Counted from the first letter of the stretch, positions 1 to 11,589 are shown. The stretch is DNA of 40,342 bases from Myxococcota bacterium (GCA_039028615.1 JBCCHT010000067.1:1-40342), one strand, 5' to 3'. Program-made: numbers and translations. The notes: generated from the sequence alone by a model not told the origin.

Positions 1-586
1 AGGGGTCGTAGAGCGTGGGCAGCATGAGCGCCTCGACCGTCTCGGTGACCCGCCCCGCTGGGTTGTCGGTGTCTTCCTTCGACAGGTCGCCCTGCACCGC
101 GAGGCAGTTGATGTTGATCTTGCCGCTCTCGGCCGTGACCCGATACTCGAAGGTGCCCCCGGACACGGCCAGGTCGGACAGCGCGGTGGTGTCGAGGCCG
201 ACCAGGGCCCCGAGCCCCTCGGCCCCCTCTTCGGTGCCGAAGACCGACATCAGGTAAGGCGCCACCTGGGTGATGTCCATGTTCCCGACCATGTCGCGGA
301 ACTGCTTTTGGTTGAACACCATCCGCTGCACCTCGAACAGCAGCAGCGACAGACGAGCGGCGCCGCGCTGGATCTGGCGGGCGGTGACCTCGTCGCGGAC
401 GTTGATCGACGACTGCCAGTCGACCTGCGCCTGGAAATTGAAGCTCGCGGTAAAGGGCGCCAGGATGGCCAGGCACGCGATGACGAGCAGCACGGCCACG
501 CCCTGCTGAGCGTTGCCGCCCCGGTCGTTGCGCTTGCGACGACCCGGGGCCACGTAGGGCGACGAAGCGTTGGTCTGCTCGCTCAT
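1..586 (-). CDS. gspK: Type II secretion minor pseudopilin GspK (5' part; runs off the window edge)
   Basis: Not in the ORF track; hand translation from ATG at 586 (ATGA overlap with the gspJ stop) gives MSEQTNASS...NAQQG|VAVLLVIACLAILAPF... This is a prepilin-type cleavage site without Glu5, typical of GspK, followed later by AESGKINI. Position after gspJ fits. Confidence 0.88.
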   Translation of the reverse strand, partial: MSEQTNASSPYVAPGRRKRNDRGGNAQQGVAVLLVIACLAILAPFTASFNFQAQVDWQSSINVRDEVTARQIQRGAARLSLLLFEVQRMVFNQKQFRDMVGNMDITQVAPYLMSVFGTEEGAEGLGALVGLDTTALSDLAVSGGTFEYRVTAESGKININCLAVQGDLSKEDTDNPAGRVTETVEALMLPTLYDP

Positions 587-1290
587 TGGCCCTGCTCCAG
601 GTTGATCTTTTCCTGCATCAGCAGGACGACTTGCGTGGTGAAGGGGACGATGTCTTCGCCGTCTTTGACCTTCAGCTCGATCTTCACGCGCTCGGGGAGG
701 CGGTCGGGCTGCCGGTCGAGCGCGGTCGTACGCCACTCGTCCTGCCACTCCATGACCTGCGGGTCCCAGTACTCGGCCTCGAAGCTCTCCACGTCCTCGA
801 CGAGCACGTAGGCGGGGAAGAACTGCTCGAGGTCCTCGGGCAGGTCTCCCGTGAGGCGCCGAGATTCACGGCGGAACAGGTGCGTGCGGTCGCCGTCGTC
901 GGGGTCGGGCGCCAGGAAATACTGGATGACCGACTGGTCGCTCTCGTTGGCGTCCTTGCGCACGCGCAGGTGAGCGAAGGCGGAGAAGGTGATCGACTCC
1001 GACTGCGAGCTCTCGACCCGGCCCTCGAAGAGGGTGAAGTGTCGCTGAGCGTCGGGCGGCCGGTTGTGCGACAGGTACGCCATCGACAGCTCGGTCTCCA
1101 TGCGCAACAAGCCGTTACGGACGATGGAGTAGCGATTTTGGATCTCCTCGGAGACCTCCATCGCGCGGAGCGTGCCGTTGAAGCTGCTCCAGACCGAGAC
1201 CATCATCATCGACAGCACCGCCAGCGAGATCATGACCTCGATGAGGGTGATGCCGCGGGCGCGGGCGCGGAGTCGGACCAAGACCTTCAT
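583..1290 (-). CDS. gspJ: Type II secretion minor pseudopilin GspJ
   Basis: RG|ITLIEVMISLAVL methylation motif; C-terminal WQDEW...LPERVKIEL typical of GspJ; gene order. Confidence 0.88.
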   Translation of the reverse strand: MKVLVRLRARARGITLIEVMISLAVLSMMMVSVWSSFNGTLRAMEVSEEIQNRYSIVRNGLLRMETELSMAYLSHNRPPDAQRHFTLFEGRVESSQSESITFSAFAHLRVRKDANESDQSVIQYFLAPDPDDGDRTHLFRRESRRLTGDLPEDLEQFFPAYVLVEDVESFEAEYWDPQVMEWQDEWRTTALDRQPDRLPERVKIELKVKDGEDIVPFTTQVVLLMQEKINLEQGQ

Positions 1291-2054
1291 TTGACGGTCG
1301 TTCCCACCGGCGCCGGTATGTTGGGGTTTCGGGTTCCGCTGTTGCTGCCGTTGCCGCCGCCACCGCGGCCGCCACCACCAGCACCACCATCACCGCCGTC
1401 GTCGGGGATGTCGTCGCCCTCTTCGGCCTCGCCGCCGAGCGACGGCAGCTGCTTGAGCTTCTCGGGGTCGGTCCAGAAGGTCATGACGGTGATGCAGCCC
1501 TGCTCGGCGTCGCCGCAGTCGGGATCGTCGGGCAGGTTGACGTCGCGGCCGTCGGGGCTCCACCGCACGGTGCACCACGACTTGCGAATCGACTGCTCGA
1601 TGGCCTCTTTGACCACCGGCCACACGATGCCCAGCGCGCCGAAGGCCTGGTCACCCGCGTCTTGATAGGCCGAGTCGTCCCCGTCCGTATCCTCCGAGGC
1701 GTCCTTGGCCTCGATGAGCTGGTTGTAGTCGGGCATCTCGATGAGGTCGACGGTGCAGACGTACTCGACGTCGGGCCAGCCCTCTTCGGAGAAGTCGCCG
1801 TCGAAGGTCTGGTCGTCGAGACCCCAGCCCTGGTCCTGCTTGAGCTCCCACTCGATGTCGACGAGCTTGGACTCGGCCAGGAACACCACCGAGCTCAGCT
1901 GCCGCGCGCGGTCGGTGGCGCGCAGGCTGGCCATCTGGGAGCCGAGCAAGGAGGTCAGCGACAAGGAGAGGATCGCCACTGCCACCAGCACCTCGAGCAA
2001 GGTGAAGCCGCGACCACGAGCCGAAGCCCGTCGTTTGCCGGGAACGCTGGCCAC
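1287..2054 (-). CDS. gspI: Type II secretion minor pseudopilin GspI (enlarged)
   Basis: RG|FTLLEVLVAVAIL motif followed by LAESKL; lies between gspH and gspJ with overlapping start/stop codons. Confidence 0.8.
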   Translation of the reverse strand: MASVPGKRRASARGRGFTLLEVLVAVAILSLSLTSLLGSQMASLRATDRARQLSSVVFLAESKLVDIEWELKQDQGWGLDDQTFDGDFSEEGWPDVEYVCTVDLIEMPDYNQLIEAKDASEDTDGDDSAYQDAGDQAFGALGIVWPVVKEAIEQSIRKSWCTVRWSPDGRDVNLPDDPDCGDAEQGCITVMTFWTDPEKLKQLPSLGGEAEEGDDIPDDGGDGGAGGGGRGGGGNGSNSGTRNPNIPAPVGTTVK

Positions 2055-2869
2055 TAGAAGGTCCTCCGTTCGGTGCGCTGCCCGAGTCCGTCTTCTTCGT
2101 CGTTGGGATCGTCGGGCAGGACGAGTTCTTCGAGCTCGTCGATGATCGTCACGCGACCGGTGAGAGGCTGAACCTTGATGGTGTAGCGAGCCTCGATTTC
2201 CTTGTCTTCGATCTGGATATAGGCCTGCTGGGTGCGGCCCCGCGGGAAGAAGAACAGGCTGGCTTCCCCCTCGGTGATCGGCTCGAGGTCGTCGGCCGTG
2301 CGCACGTAGATGATCTTGACGCCCTCGGGCAGCTCGATCGGCTTCTTGAGCGCCGACAGCGAGTTCTCGTCGTCGAAGCTCTCGAAGAGCGGAGGCCGAC
2401 GTCGTGGCACGGCCTTGCGCTGCACCGCATAGGGGTCGAAGCCCTCGTCGTCGCCTCCGTCGCCCGCGTAGACCTCGGACTGGATCGACTGGTTGTAGGC
2501 GTCCTCGGCCCGCTTGTCGCGAGCCGCCTGGTCCTCGATGGTCGACTGATCGATCTCGAGGATCTTGCCGTCGCGGTCGGTGGCCGGCAGGTACATGCGG
2601 TCGTCGCCCTGCTGGAGCGAGACCGTGTTCTTCTCGAGGTCGATGAGCAGCCGGTAGTAGTCCCCGGTGACTCGGGCCTTGTCGAAGCCGTAGCGGATCA
2701 TGTTGGCCACCTGGTTGGTGGCCCGAGAGACCTCGGCGTTGCGCCCCGCCCCGAAGCCGACGATCACCATGCCCACCATCAAGGCGAGCACCCCGATGAC
2801 GATCATGATCTCGATGATCGTCAGCCCCCGCGATCCGCGGTGAGCTCGGGTATGGGAGGAGGTGGTCAT
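2054..2869 (-). CDS. gspH: Type II secretion minor pseudopilin GspH
   Basis: RG|LTIIEIMIVI motif; FFFPRG and VQPLTGRV C-terminal GspH/FimT-like motifs; directly after gspG. Confidence 0.82.
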   Translation of the reverse strand: MTTSSHTRAHRGSRGLTIIEIMIVIGVLALMVGMVIVGFGAGRNAEVSRATNQVANMIRYGFDKARVTGDYYRLLIDLEKNTVSLQQGDDRMYLPATDRDGKILEIDQSTIEDQAARDKRAEDAYNQSIQSEVYAGDGGDDEGFDPYAVQRKAVPRRRPPLFESFDDENSLSALKKPIELPEGVKIIYVRTADDLEPITEGEASLFFFPRGRTQQAYIQIEDKEIEARYTIKVQPLTGRVTIIDELEELVLPDDPNDEEDGLGQRTERRTF

Positions 2870-2905
2870 GGCTTCGAGTCGGTTCGAGTCGGGGACGAGG
2901 CCGGC

Positions 2906-3355
2906 TTACTTGCCGCCGCCGTCGTCTTCTTTGGCGTCGTCGCCGTAGTTGGTGATGTCGTCGGCGGTACCGAACTCGCCGTCCTCACCGGGCGACATCA
3001 CGTCGACGGCGCTCTTCTCACCCGGGCACTTGAACTGGAAGTCGTTGCCCCAGGGGTCCTTGGCCACGCGGTTGATGAAGCCCGACGCCTTGAGATCCTC
3101 GAGGGTCTTGGGGCACTTGCCGCGCTTGGACGTCCGATACTGCTCGATCGCCCCTTGAATGGTGATCGTCTGGTTCTTGGCGTCCTGGAGCTGCGCATCC
3201 TGGTAGCGGTTGAAGGCCATGATGCCCACGCCGCCCATGATGAGGCTGATGATCGCGACCACAACCATGATCTCGATCAGGGTCATGCCGCGCTGGGCTT
3301 TGGCTGCAAAGCCGACCCGACGGGTGGGGCGAGGACGCTCGGTGTTGGTCTGCAT
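2906..3355 (-). CDS. gspG: Type II secretion major pseudopilin GspG
   Basis: QRG|MTLIEIMVVVAII, KDPWGN and SPGEDGEFGTADDI, the hallmark GspG motifs. Confidence 0.93.
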   Translation of the reverse strand: MQTNTERPRPTRRVGFAAKAQRGMTLIEIMVVVAIISLIMGGVGIMAFNRYQDAQLQDAKNQTITIQGAIEQYRTSKRGKCPKTLEDLKASGFINRVAKDPWGNDFQFKCPGEKSAVDVMSPGEDGEFGTADDITNYGDDAKEDDGGGK

Positions 3356-3372
3356 GGTGTTGATCTCTTCTT

Positions 3373-4626
3373 TCAGGTTCCAGCCATCTCGGTGAGCTGC
3401 ATGATGGGCTGCATGATGGAAAACACGACGAAGCCGACAGCCATGCCCATCAAGACGATCATGAGGGGCTCGAGTAGGCTGGTCAGGCGGGCGATGGAAG
3501 TGTTGGTCTCGCGGTCGTAGGCGACGGCGACGTCGTTGAGCATCTGCTCGAGCTGACCCGAGCGCTCGCCGACCGCGATCATGTGGGTGACCAAGGGGGG
3601 AAACTGGCCGCTGCGCTTGAGGGCGGGCGCGATGTTTTCGCCCTCGCGGATGTTGTCGCGCGCCTCGGTGATGACTTTTTCGAGCACGACGTTGCCGAGC
3701 AGGGCCCGCACGATGTCGAGCGCCTGGAGCAGCTGCACCCCCGAGGAGAGCAGCGTCGACAGCGTGCGAGCGAAGCGGGAGATGGCGATCTTGCGCGCCA
3801 GCTCGCCCACCACCGGGGTCTTGAGGATGATGGTGTCACCCGTCACCTGGCCCGCCTCCGAGCGCCGCCAGCGACGGAAGAGCCACACCAACCCCCAGCC
3901 GCCCAGGATGAACAGCCACCAGTACGAGGAGATGGCGTCCGACAGCCAGATGAGCAGCCGGGTGTTCCACGGCAGCTCGGCGTTCATGTCGGCGAACATG
4001 CCCGTGATCTTCGGGACGATGCCGACCATCAACAGCGTGATGATGGCCGCGCCCAGCACCGACAGCACGATCGGGTAGACCATGGCCGAGCTGACCTTGC
4101 CGCGAATCTCGAGCTGCTTCTCGAGGAATTCGGCCAGGCGGAAGAGCACCTGCTCGAGCGAGCCCGAAGCCTCGCCGGCCCGGATCATGTTGACGTAGAG
4201 CGGAACGAAGATCTTGGGGTAGGCACTCATCGCGTCGGCGAGCGACGAGCCCTGGTTGACCTTCTCGGCGATGTCGCTGAGCACGCCCTTGAAGCGCGGG
4301 CTCTCGACCTGATCGACCAAGGCGGTGAGGGCCTCGGGCAGGGTCACGCCCGCCTGCAGCAAGGTGCCGAGCAACTGCGTGGTGCTGGCGACCATCTTGG
4401 GGGTCACGCGGTCGAGGAACTTGGACAGATCGATCTCACGATCGCCGCCCCCTCCCCCGCCGCCGCTGGACTCGGCCGCCGCCGCAGCCGTGGTCTCGTT
4501 GACTCCCGTCAGGTACACGCCTTCGCGGCGCAACGAGGCCTTGAGAGCCGCCACGTTGTCGGCGGTGGCGACCCCCTTGATGTTCTTGCCCTTGGCGGAC
4601 AACCCCGTATACGCGTACGCCGGCAT
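3373..4626 (-). CDS. gspF: Type II secretion inner-membrane platform protein GspF
   Basis: MPAYAY start, AGEASGSL, YPIV, VGERSGQL and LLEP motifs; three hydrophobic segments; follows gspE. Confidence 0.95.
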   Translation of the reverse strand: MPAYAYTGLSAKGKNIKGVATADNVAALKASLRREGVYLTGVNETTAAAAAESSGGGGGGGDREIDLSKFLDRVTPKMVASTTQLLGTLLQAGVTLPEALTALVDQVESPRFKGVLSDIAEKVNQGSSLADAMSAYPKIFVPLYVNMIRAGEASGSLEQVLFRLAEFLEKQLEIRGKVSSAMVYPIVLSVLGAAIITLLMVGIVPKITGMFADMNAELPWNTRLLIWLSDAISSYWWLFILGGWGLVWLFRRWRRSEAGQVTGDTIILKTPVVGELARKIAISRFARTLSTLLSSGVQLLQALDIVRALLGNVVLEKVITEARDNIREGENIAPALKRSGQFPPLVTHMIAVGERSGQLEQMLNDVAVAYDRETNTSIARLTSLLEPLMIVLMGMAVGFVVFSIMQPIMQLTEMAGT

Positions 4627-4630
4627 TGGT

Positions 4631-6499
<1,869 letters not shown>

Positions 6500-6519
6500 G
6501 GCGAAGGATCCACTCCCGC

Positions 6520-8982
6520 TCAGCGAGGCTTACCGGGCTTACCCTTGGGCTTGCCGCTGCTGGGCTTGCCTTTCGGCTTGCCCTTGGGCTTGTCGGCCGC
6601 GGGCTCTTCTTCGTCTTCGTAAAGCTGCGGCGACAGACCCAGCTCACCGGTGATCTGCTCCTGCTGGAGCTCGGCCTCGGCGGTACGCGCTTGCTCGTCG
6701 AAGACCAGCATCTGGGCCGCCTCGGCGTTGATCTCGGCCAGCAGCCCGCTCTTCTTGCGGTAGTTGACGCTGGTCGCCAGGTCGCGGCGCTTGAAGGCCG
6801 ACTCGCGCTCGAGGAACTCGAGGCGCTCGGCCATGCGTCGCTTGTGGATCCGACGGGCGTCGTCCGGCGTCTCGAGGATGTGCGGGACGAGCACCATCAT
6901 CAGGTTGATCTTCTCTTTTTGCTTCTGCTTGCGCTTGAACAGCCAGCCGAGCAGCGGGATCTGACCGAGGCCGGGCACCTGCGAGGTGCTCTCGCGCTCG
7001 ACCTCTTGCACGAGGCCACCGAGCACGATGGGCTGCCCGTCGCGGCCCACCACCTGGTCGAGCTTGAGACGACGCTTGGTGGTGGTGACACCGAGAGTCG
7101 GGCTCTCCGACTCGATGTCGTTGTTCTCCATCTCGATGTCGAGGGTCACCGTCTGCTCGTCGTTGACGTGCGGGGTGACCTTGACCTTGAGCGTGACGTC
7201 CTGGCGCTGGACCGACTGCACGGGCACGAGCCCGCCGCCCTGACCACCGCCGGGGAAGGCCAGCGCGCCCTGGGTGGGCACGTTGCGGCCGACCTCGATG
7301 CTCGCCTCTTGGTTGTCCGCCGTGTACAGGTGCGGCTCGGCCACGAGATTGACGTCGGTGTCGTCTTGGATCGCCTGGATGATGACGCCGAAGGCCGGGA
7401 TGTCCTGGCCCAGGCCGAGCAGCTGCCCGGAGCCGGCGACCTCGGGACCCAGCACGCCGGCCGCGAGCCCGTTGAGGATCTGCGGGCTGAGCAGCAGCGA
7501 GTTCTGCTGGTTGGGCGAGCTCGAGACGAAGCCGAGGCTGTCGCCCGAGGCACCCGCCACGTCGGTGCCGAAGGTCGCACCGAAGTGACCAGAGGTACCG
7601 CCCTGGAGCCGCTTGTTGATCGACAGCTCGAGCAGGAAGACCTCGATGTAGACCTGCTTGCGCTCGGCGTCGAGCGCATCGATGACCGTCTGCAAGGCCA
7701 AGAAGTCGCTCTGCGAGGCGAGGATGACCAGCGAGCGCGTGGCGGGGTCGGGGGTGACCTTGACCTCGCCGGAGAACAGCTCGGCCGCCGCGGACGCGGG
7801 CGCGGCGTTGGAGTTGCCCCGGCCGCCTCGTCCGCCACCACCACCACCGCCACCGCGGTTGCCCTGCCCCAGCTGCTGGAGCACGTTGGCGACCTCGGTG
7901 GGGTCGGCGTTGCGCAGCTTGACCACGTGGATGCGACCGCCACCGCCGGGCAGCGGCACGTCGAGGCGCTCGATGAGCCGACGAATCACCTCGAAGTCGG
8001 CCTTGGGCGCGACCACGATGAGGGTGCCGGTTCGCTCGTCGACGATGACGCGGGAGAAGCCGGGCTCGTCGGCCTTGGCGTCCTTGCCCTTGCCCTTGCC
8101 CTTGCCTTTGCCCTTGCTGCTCGTCTTGCCGTCCTTCTCGCCGAAGATCTCGCGGATCATCTCCGCGGTCTCCTCGGGGTCGGCGTACTGCAGCTGGAAG
8201 AAGAAGATCTTCTCGACCTGCTCTTCGTCGGTGGCGTCGACCTGCTTGATGATCTTGAGCAAGCGGCGGACGCTGGCACCGGTGTCGGTGAAGATGATCA
8301 GGTCATCGACGCTGTCGACGCTGCCCTGCTTGGTCTTCAGCTTGTTGACCAGATCGACGACGTTCTTGGGGTCTCCCTTGCTCCGGTACAGCTGCGTGAC
8401 GTAGCGGTCGTTGGCGGGAGCGCGGCTGCCCGGGCCGTAGACCGGCAGGGTGCGTCCCTTGACGTCCGAAGTCTCGACGATCTTGAAGTACTGCCCGGAG
8501 GGCTCGACCGTCAGGCCCATCGTCTGCAACGCGGCATAGAACGCGGCGTAGGCCTCTTGGATGGTGACCGGCTCCGGCGACAAGATCGTCACCTTGCCCG
8601 CCCGCGCCTTGAGGTCGAGGATGAACTTCTGACAGGAGATGCTCATCATCCAGTTGACGAGGTCCTGGAGCTCGGCCTCCTTGGGCAGCGTGATGCGGAA
8701 CTTCGCCCCCTTCGGCTGCTTCTTGCACTTGTTATGGCCGAGCCCGCCTTCGTCCCCGGACAGCTCGCCACCCGCGGCTCCCGTGGCTCCGGGCACGACC
8801 GGTCGCGCGGGAGTGGTGGGAAGCGTGGGCGCCGAAGAGGGACGACGAGGAGGGGCCACTTGGGCCGTCGCAACCGACGGCGTAAAGCTCATGCCGCAAA
8901 GGGCAAGCGCCGATACGCCGCTGATGGCGAGACGGGACCAGCGAAGGCCCCGGGCCGGGCGCCTTTGGTTTCGCGAGGTCAT
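6520..8982 (-). CDS. gspD: Type II secretion secretin GspD
   Basis: Start reassigned to ATG 8982 (MTSRNQRR, ATGA overlap with the gspC stop, then a signal peptide). N-domain repeats (LQYADPEE, LRNADPTE), secretin core with DNQEASIEVG, VTPHVN and VPGLGQIPLLGWLFK. Confidence 0.94.
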   Translation of the reverse strand: MTSRNQRRPARGLRWSRLAISGVSALALCGMSFTPSVATAQVAPPRRPSSAPTLPTTPARPVVPGATGAAGGELSGDEGGLGHNKCKKQPKGAKFRITLPKEAELQDLVNWMMSISCQKFILDLKARAGKVTILSPEPVTIQEAYAAFYAALQTMGLTVEPSGQYFKIVETSDVKGRTLPVYGPGSRAPANDRYVTQLYRSKGDPKNVVDLVNKLKTKQGSVDSVDDLIIFTDTGASVRRLLKIIKQVDATDEEQVEKIFFFQLQYADPEETAEMIREIFGEKDGKTSSKGKGKGKGKGKDAKADEPGFSRVIVDERTGTLIVVAPKADFEVIRRLIERLDVPLPGGGGRIHVVKLRNADPTEVANVLQQLGQGNRGGGGGGGGRGGRGNSNAAPASAAAELFSGEVKVTPDPATRSLVILASQSDFLALQTVIDALDAERKQVYIEVFLLELSINKRLQGGTSGHFGATFGTDVAGASGDSLGFVSSSPNQQNSLLLSPQILNGLAAGVLGPEVAGSGQLLGLGQDIPAFGVIIQAIQDDTDVNLVAEPHLYTADNQEASIEVGRNVPTQGALAFPGGGQGGGLVPVQSVQRQDVTLKVKVTPHVNDEQTVTLDIEMENNDIESESPTLGVTTTKRRLKLDQVVGRDGQPIVLGGLVQEVERESTSQVPGLGQIPLLGWLFKRKQKQKEKINLMMVLVPHILETPDDARRIHKRRMAERLEFLERESAFKRRDLATSVNYRKKSGLLAEINAEAAQMLVFDEQARTAEAELQQEQITGELGLSPQLYEDEEEPAADKPKGKPKGKPSSGKPKGKPGKPR

Positions 8983-10055
8983 TGGATCGAGATCTCCTTG
9001 TTGATGGTCTTGCCCTTGCGCTGAATCGACACCGAGAGGTTCGAAGCGCGCCGTAGCTTGGAGTAGAGGGCCATGGCTTTGTCCATGCCCTTGAGCTCTT
9101 GGCCGTTGACCGACGTGAGCATGTCGCCGTTTTTGAGACCGAGCAGCTTCGGGAGGGAGCCGCGTCGGATTCCGTAGAGCTTGTAGCCGATGATTTCGTC
9201 GTCTTTTTGCTTGGGCACGATCCGCGCCTGCTTGGTGAGCAGCGTGGGGTTGGCCAGCAGCTTCTCGACGAAGGCTCGCTCGACCGTGCACGAGTGCTCC
9301 GAGGGGCAGTTGATGGCCTCCTCGGCTCCAGGGATGGAGCGGTCGTTCTTCTTGGGGGGAGGGGGTGCGGCGGAGGGCCGGGCGGTGCTGACCGCGGCCG
9401 GCGGCGGCGGGGGCTCTTCCCCGAGCTCGATGTACTCGAGCGCCGCGTTGTTGCGCAGGTGCACGATGGCCTGGTCGACGCTCATCACGACGACGCCGTT
9501 GCGGACCAGATCGCCGCGCTCGTAGAGCCCGGCCACGCCCGCTTCTTCGTCGAGGATGGTGGCGAACGAGTGCTCGGGGTCCTCGGCCTCCATCGTCGCC
9601 ATGAGGCGCAGGGGAAGCTTGGACTTGGTCTCGCCCGGCTGGATGAGCGGCCCCGTGGGTCGGCCCGACGCATCGACGCCACCGCTGGTCGAACCGTTGT
9701 CTTCGGTCGGGGTCTCGGGCACGCAGGTGGGGCAGAAGATGTTGTGCTTGCGGATGTCGAGGCTGACTTGCTCTTTGGCCCGCGCCTTGGCGCCCGGACT
9801 ACCGACCCCGAACGCGTCGTCACCGAAGCTGAAGCCCTTGCGCTTGCTCTTGTTCTTGCTCGCCTTGGCCTTCGCGTCGTCGCCCTCGCCTTCGCCTTCA
9901 CCCTCGGAGTCGCCCTCGGCCTCGACCCCCACCTCGGAATCGAAGAGCAGCTGCGCTCCCACCTGCGTGGTGATGGCACTAGCGGCCAGACCACATGCAG
10001 CGGCGATGCCCAGGGTCTTGATGACCCAGAAGTAGTTCTTGAAGAGCGCTTCCAT
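8979..10055 (-). CDS. gspC: Type II secretion protein GspC (TM, HR domain, C-terminal PDZ)
   Basis: N-terminal TM; LPLRLMATM HR-like region; PDZ with GYKLYGIRRGS...LGLKNGDMLTSVNG; upstream of gspD. Confidence 0.9.
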   Translation of the reverse strand: MEALFKNYFWVIKTLGIAAACGLAASAITTQVGAQLLFDSEVGVEAEGDSEGEGEGEGDDAKAKASKNKSKRKGFSFGDDAFGVGSPGAKARAKEQVSLDIRKHNIFCPTCVPETPTEDNGSTSGGVDASGRPTGPLIQPGETKSKLPLRLMATMEAEDPEHSFATILDEEAGVAGLYERGDLVRNGVVVMSVDQAIVHLRNNAALEYIELGEEPPPPPAAVSTARPSAAPPPPKKNDRSIPGAEEAINCPSEHSCTVERAFVEKLLANPTLLTKQARIVPKQKDDEIIGYKLYGIRRGSLPKLLGLKNGDMLTSVNGQELKGMDKAMALYSKLRRASNLSVSIQRKGKTINKEISIQ

Positions 10056-10112
10056 GGCGGTGGCCAGAAGGGGGAAGAGTACGGAGGCGGTCGCGTGACG
10101 CCTAGCCCGAGG

Positions 10113-11573
10113 CTAGTGCAGCACCCCGTCGCCCCCGTTGTCGCCCTGCCCGTCGCGCGCTCCCGCGCTCTGTTGGTTGGTGTTGGGCCGGAAGGCGTCC
10201 TCGGAGATGAAGCCGGACTCGAGCTTGCGGTAGATGGTGCGGGTCGCGATTCCCAACAGGTCGGCGGCCAAGCGCTTGTCGCCGCGCGTGAACTTGAGCG
10301 TCTCGAGGATCATGCGGCGCTCGACCTCCTCGAGCGGCGTGCCCACGGAGAACGTGACCTGACGCCCGTGACCCGCCTGCGGATCGCGAAGCTCGGGCGG
10401 GAGGTCGTCGGCCCCGACGTGCCCTCCGCGGCACAGCACCACCGCGCGCTCGACTGCGTTCTCGAGCTCGCGAACGTTGCCTGGCCAGCCGTAGTTGCCC
10501 ATCAGATGCAGCGCCTCTTCGGTGAAGCCTTGAACCGCCTTGCCGTGCTTGGCCGCGTACATGCGCAGGAAGTGACCGCCGAGCAAGGGGACGTCCTCGA
10601 TCCGGTCGCGCAGGGGCGGGATGCGGATCGGGATGACGTTGATACGATAGAAGAGATCCTCGCGGAAGTTGCCCGCCTTGACCTCCTCGGTGAGATCGCG
10701 ATTGGTCGCGCAGACGAGGCGGAAATCGACCTTGGTCGTGCGTCCGCCCACGGGCTCGATCTCCCCTTCTTGAAGGGCGCGCAGCAGCTTGACCTGCACC
10801 GTCTGGGTGATCTCGGCGATTTCGTCGAGGAAGAGCGTGCCGGTATGCGCCTCGAGGAACCGGCCCTCCCGCGGTCGGACCGCCCCGGTGAAGGCGCCCT
10901 TTTCGTGACCGAACAGCTCGGACTCGAGGATCGTCTCGGGCAGCGCGGCGCAGTTGACGGGCACGAAGGCCTTTTGGTCGCGCGGGCTGTGCGAGTGGAT
11001 GTAGCGGGCGAGCAACTCTTTGCCGGTGCCGCTCTCTCCGAGCAGCAGCACGGTCGCGGTGCTGTTCGCCGCCTGCCGTGCGATCTCGAGGGTGGCGCGC
11101 ATGACCTGGCTGTTGCCCACGATGTCGCGGCTGGTGGCCGCCTCGAGTCGCGCTCGAAGCTGGCGGTTTTCCGCCACGAGTGCCGCTTTGTCGAGCGCCT
11201 TGCGGACCGTCGCCAGGACCGCCGCGCGCTTGAGCGGCTTGCTGATGAAATCGTATGCCCCGCGCTTCATCGCCTCGACCGCGGTCTCGACCGAGCCGTA
11301 CGCGGTCATCACGATGACCTCGACCTCGGGGGTGATCGCCTTGACCGCCTTGAGGAGATCGGTGCCGGTCATGCCCGGCATGCGCAGGTCGGTGACCATC
11401 AGGTCGATGGGCTGCAGCCGCACCACGTCGAGTGCCTCGCGCCCATTGCCCGCCGTCAGGACCTGGAACCCTTCCTTGCGGAGGACCTTGGCGAGCGCCT
11501 CCACGATGGATGCCTCGTCGTCGACGACGAGGATGGTGGGAGCACGATTAGACGAAGCGACATCGGCGGTCAT
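10113..11573 (-). CDS. Sigma54-dependent response regulator (NtrC/PilR-family enhancer-binding protein: REC-AAA+-Fis HTH)
   Basis: ILVVDDE and TDLRMPG receiver; GESGTGKE, ESELFGHEKGAFTGA, LFLDEI, WPGNVREL; HTH AADLLGIATRTIYRKL. ATG 11573 is preferred over the ORF-track 11615 because the sigma54 site lies between them. Confidence 0.95.
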   Translation of the reverse strand: MTADVASSNRAPTILVVDDEASIVEALAKVLRKEGFQVLTAGNGREALDVVRLQPIDLMVTDLRMPGMTGTDLLKAVKAITPEVEVIVMTAYGSVETAVEAMKRGAYDFISKPLKRAAVLATVRKALDKAALVAENRQLRARLEAATSRDIVGNSQVMRATLEIARQAANSTATVLLLGESGTGKELLARYIHSHSPRDQKAFVPVNCAALPETILESELFGHEKGAFTGAVRPREGRFLEAHTGTLFLDEIAEITQTVQVKLLRALQEGEIEPVGGRTTKVDFRLVCATNRDLTEEVKAGNFREDLFYRINVIPIRIPPLRDRIEDVPLLGGHFLRMYAAKHGKAVQGFTEEALHLMGNYGWPGNVRELENAVERAVVLCRGGHVGADDLPPELRDPQAGHGRQVTFSVGTPLEEVERRMILETLKFTRGDKRLAADLLGIATRTIYRKLESGFISEDAFRPNTNQQSAGARDGQGDNGGDGVLH

Positions 11574-11589
11574 GAGCACTCGGACTATG

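Noticed and set aside
8983..9291. 103-aa N-terminal extension of GspD in the ORF track
   Set aside because: Overlaps the gspC PDZ region; ATG 8982 gives a signal peptide and an ATGA coupling.
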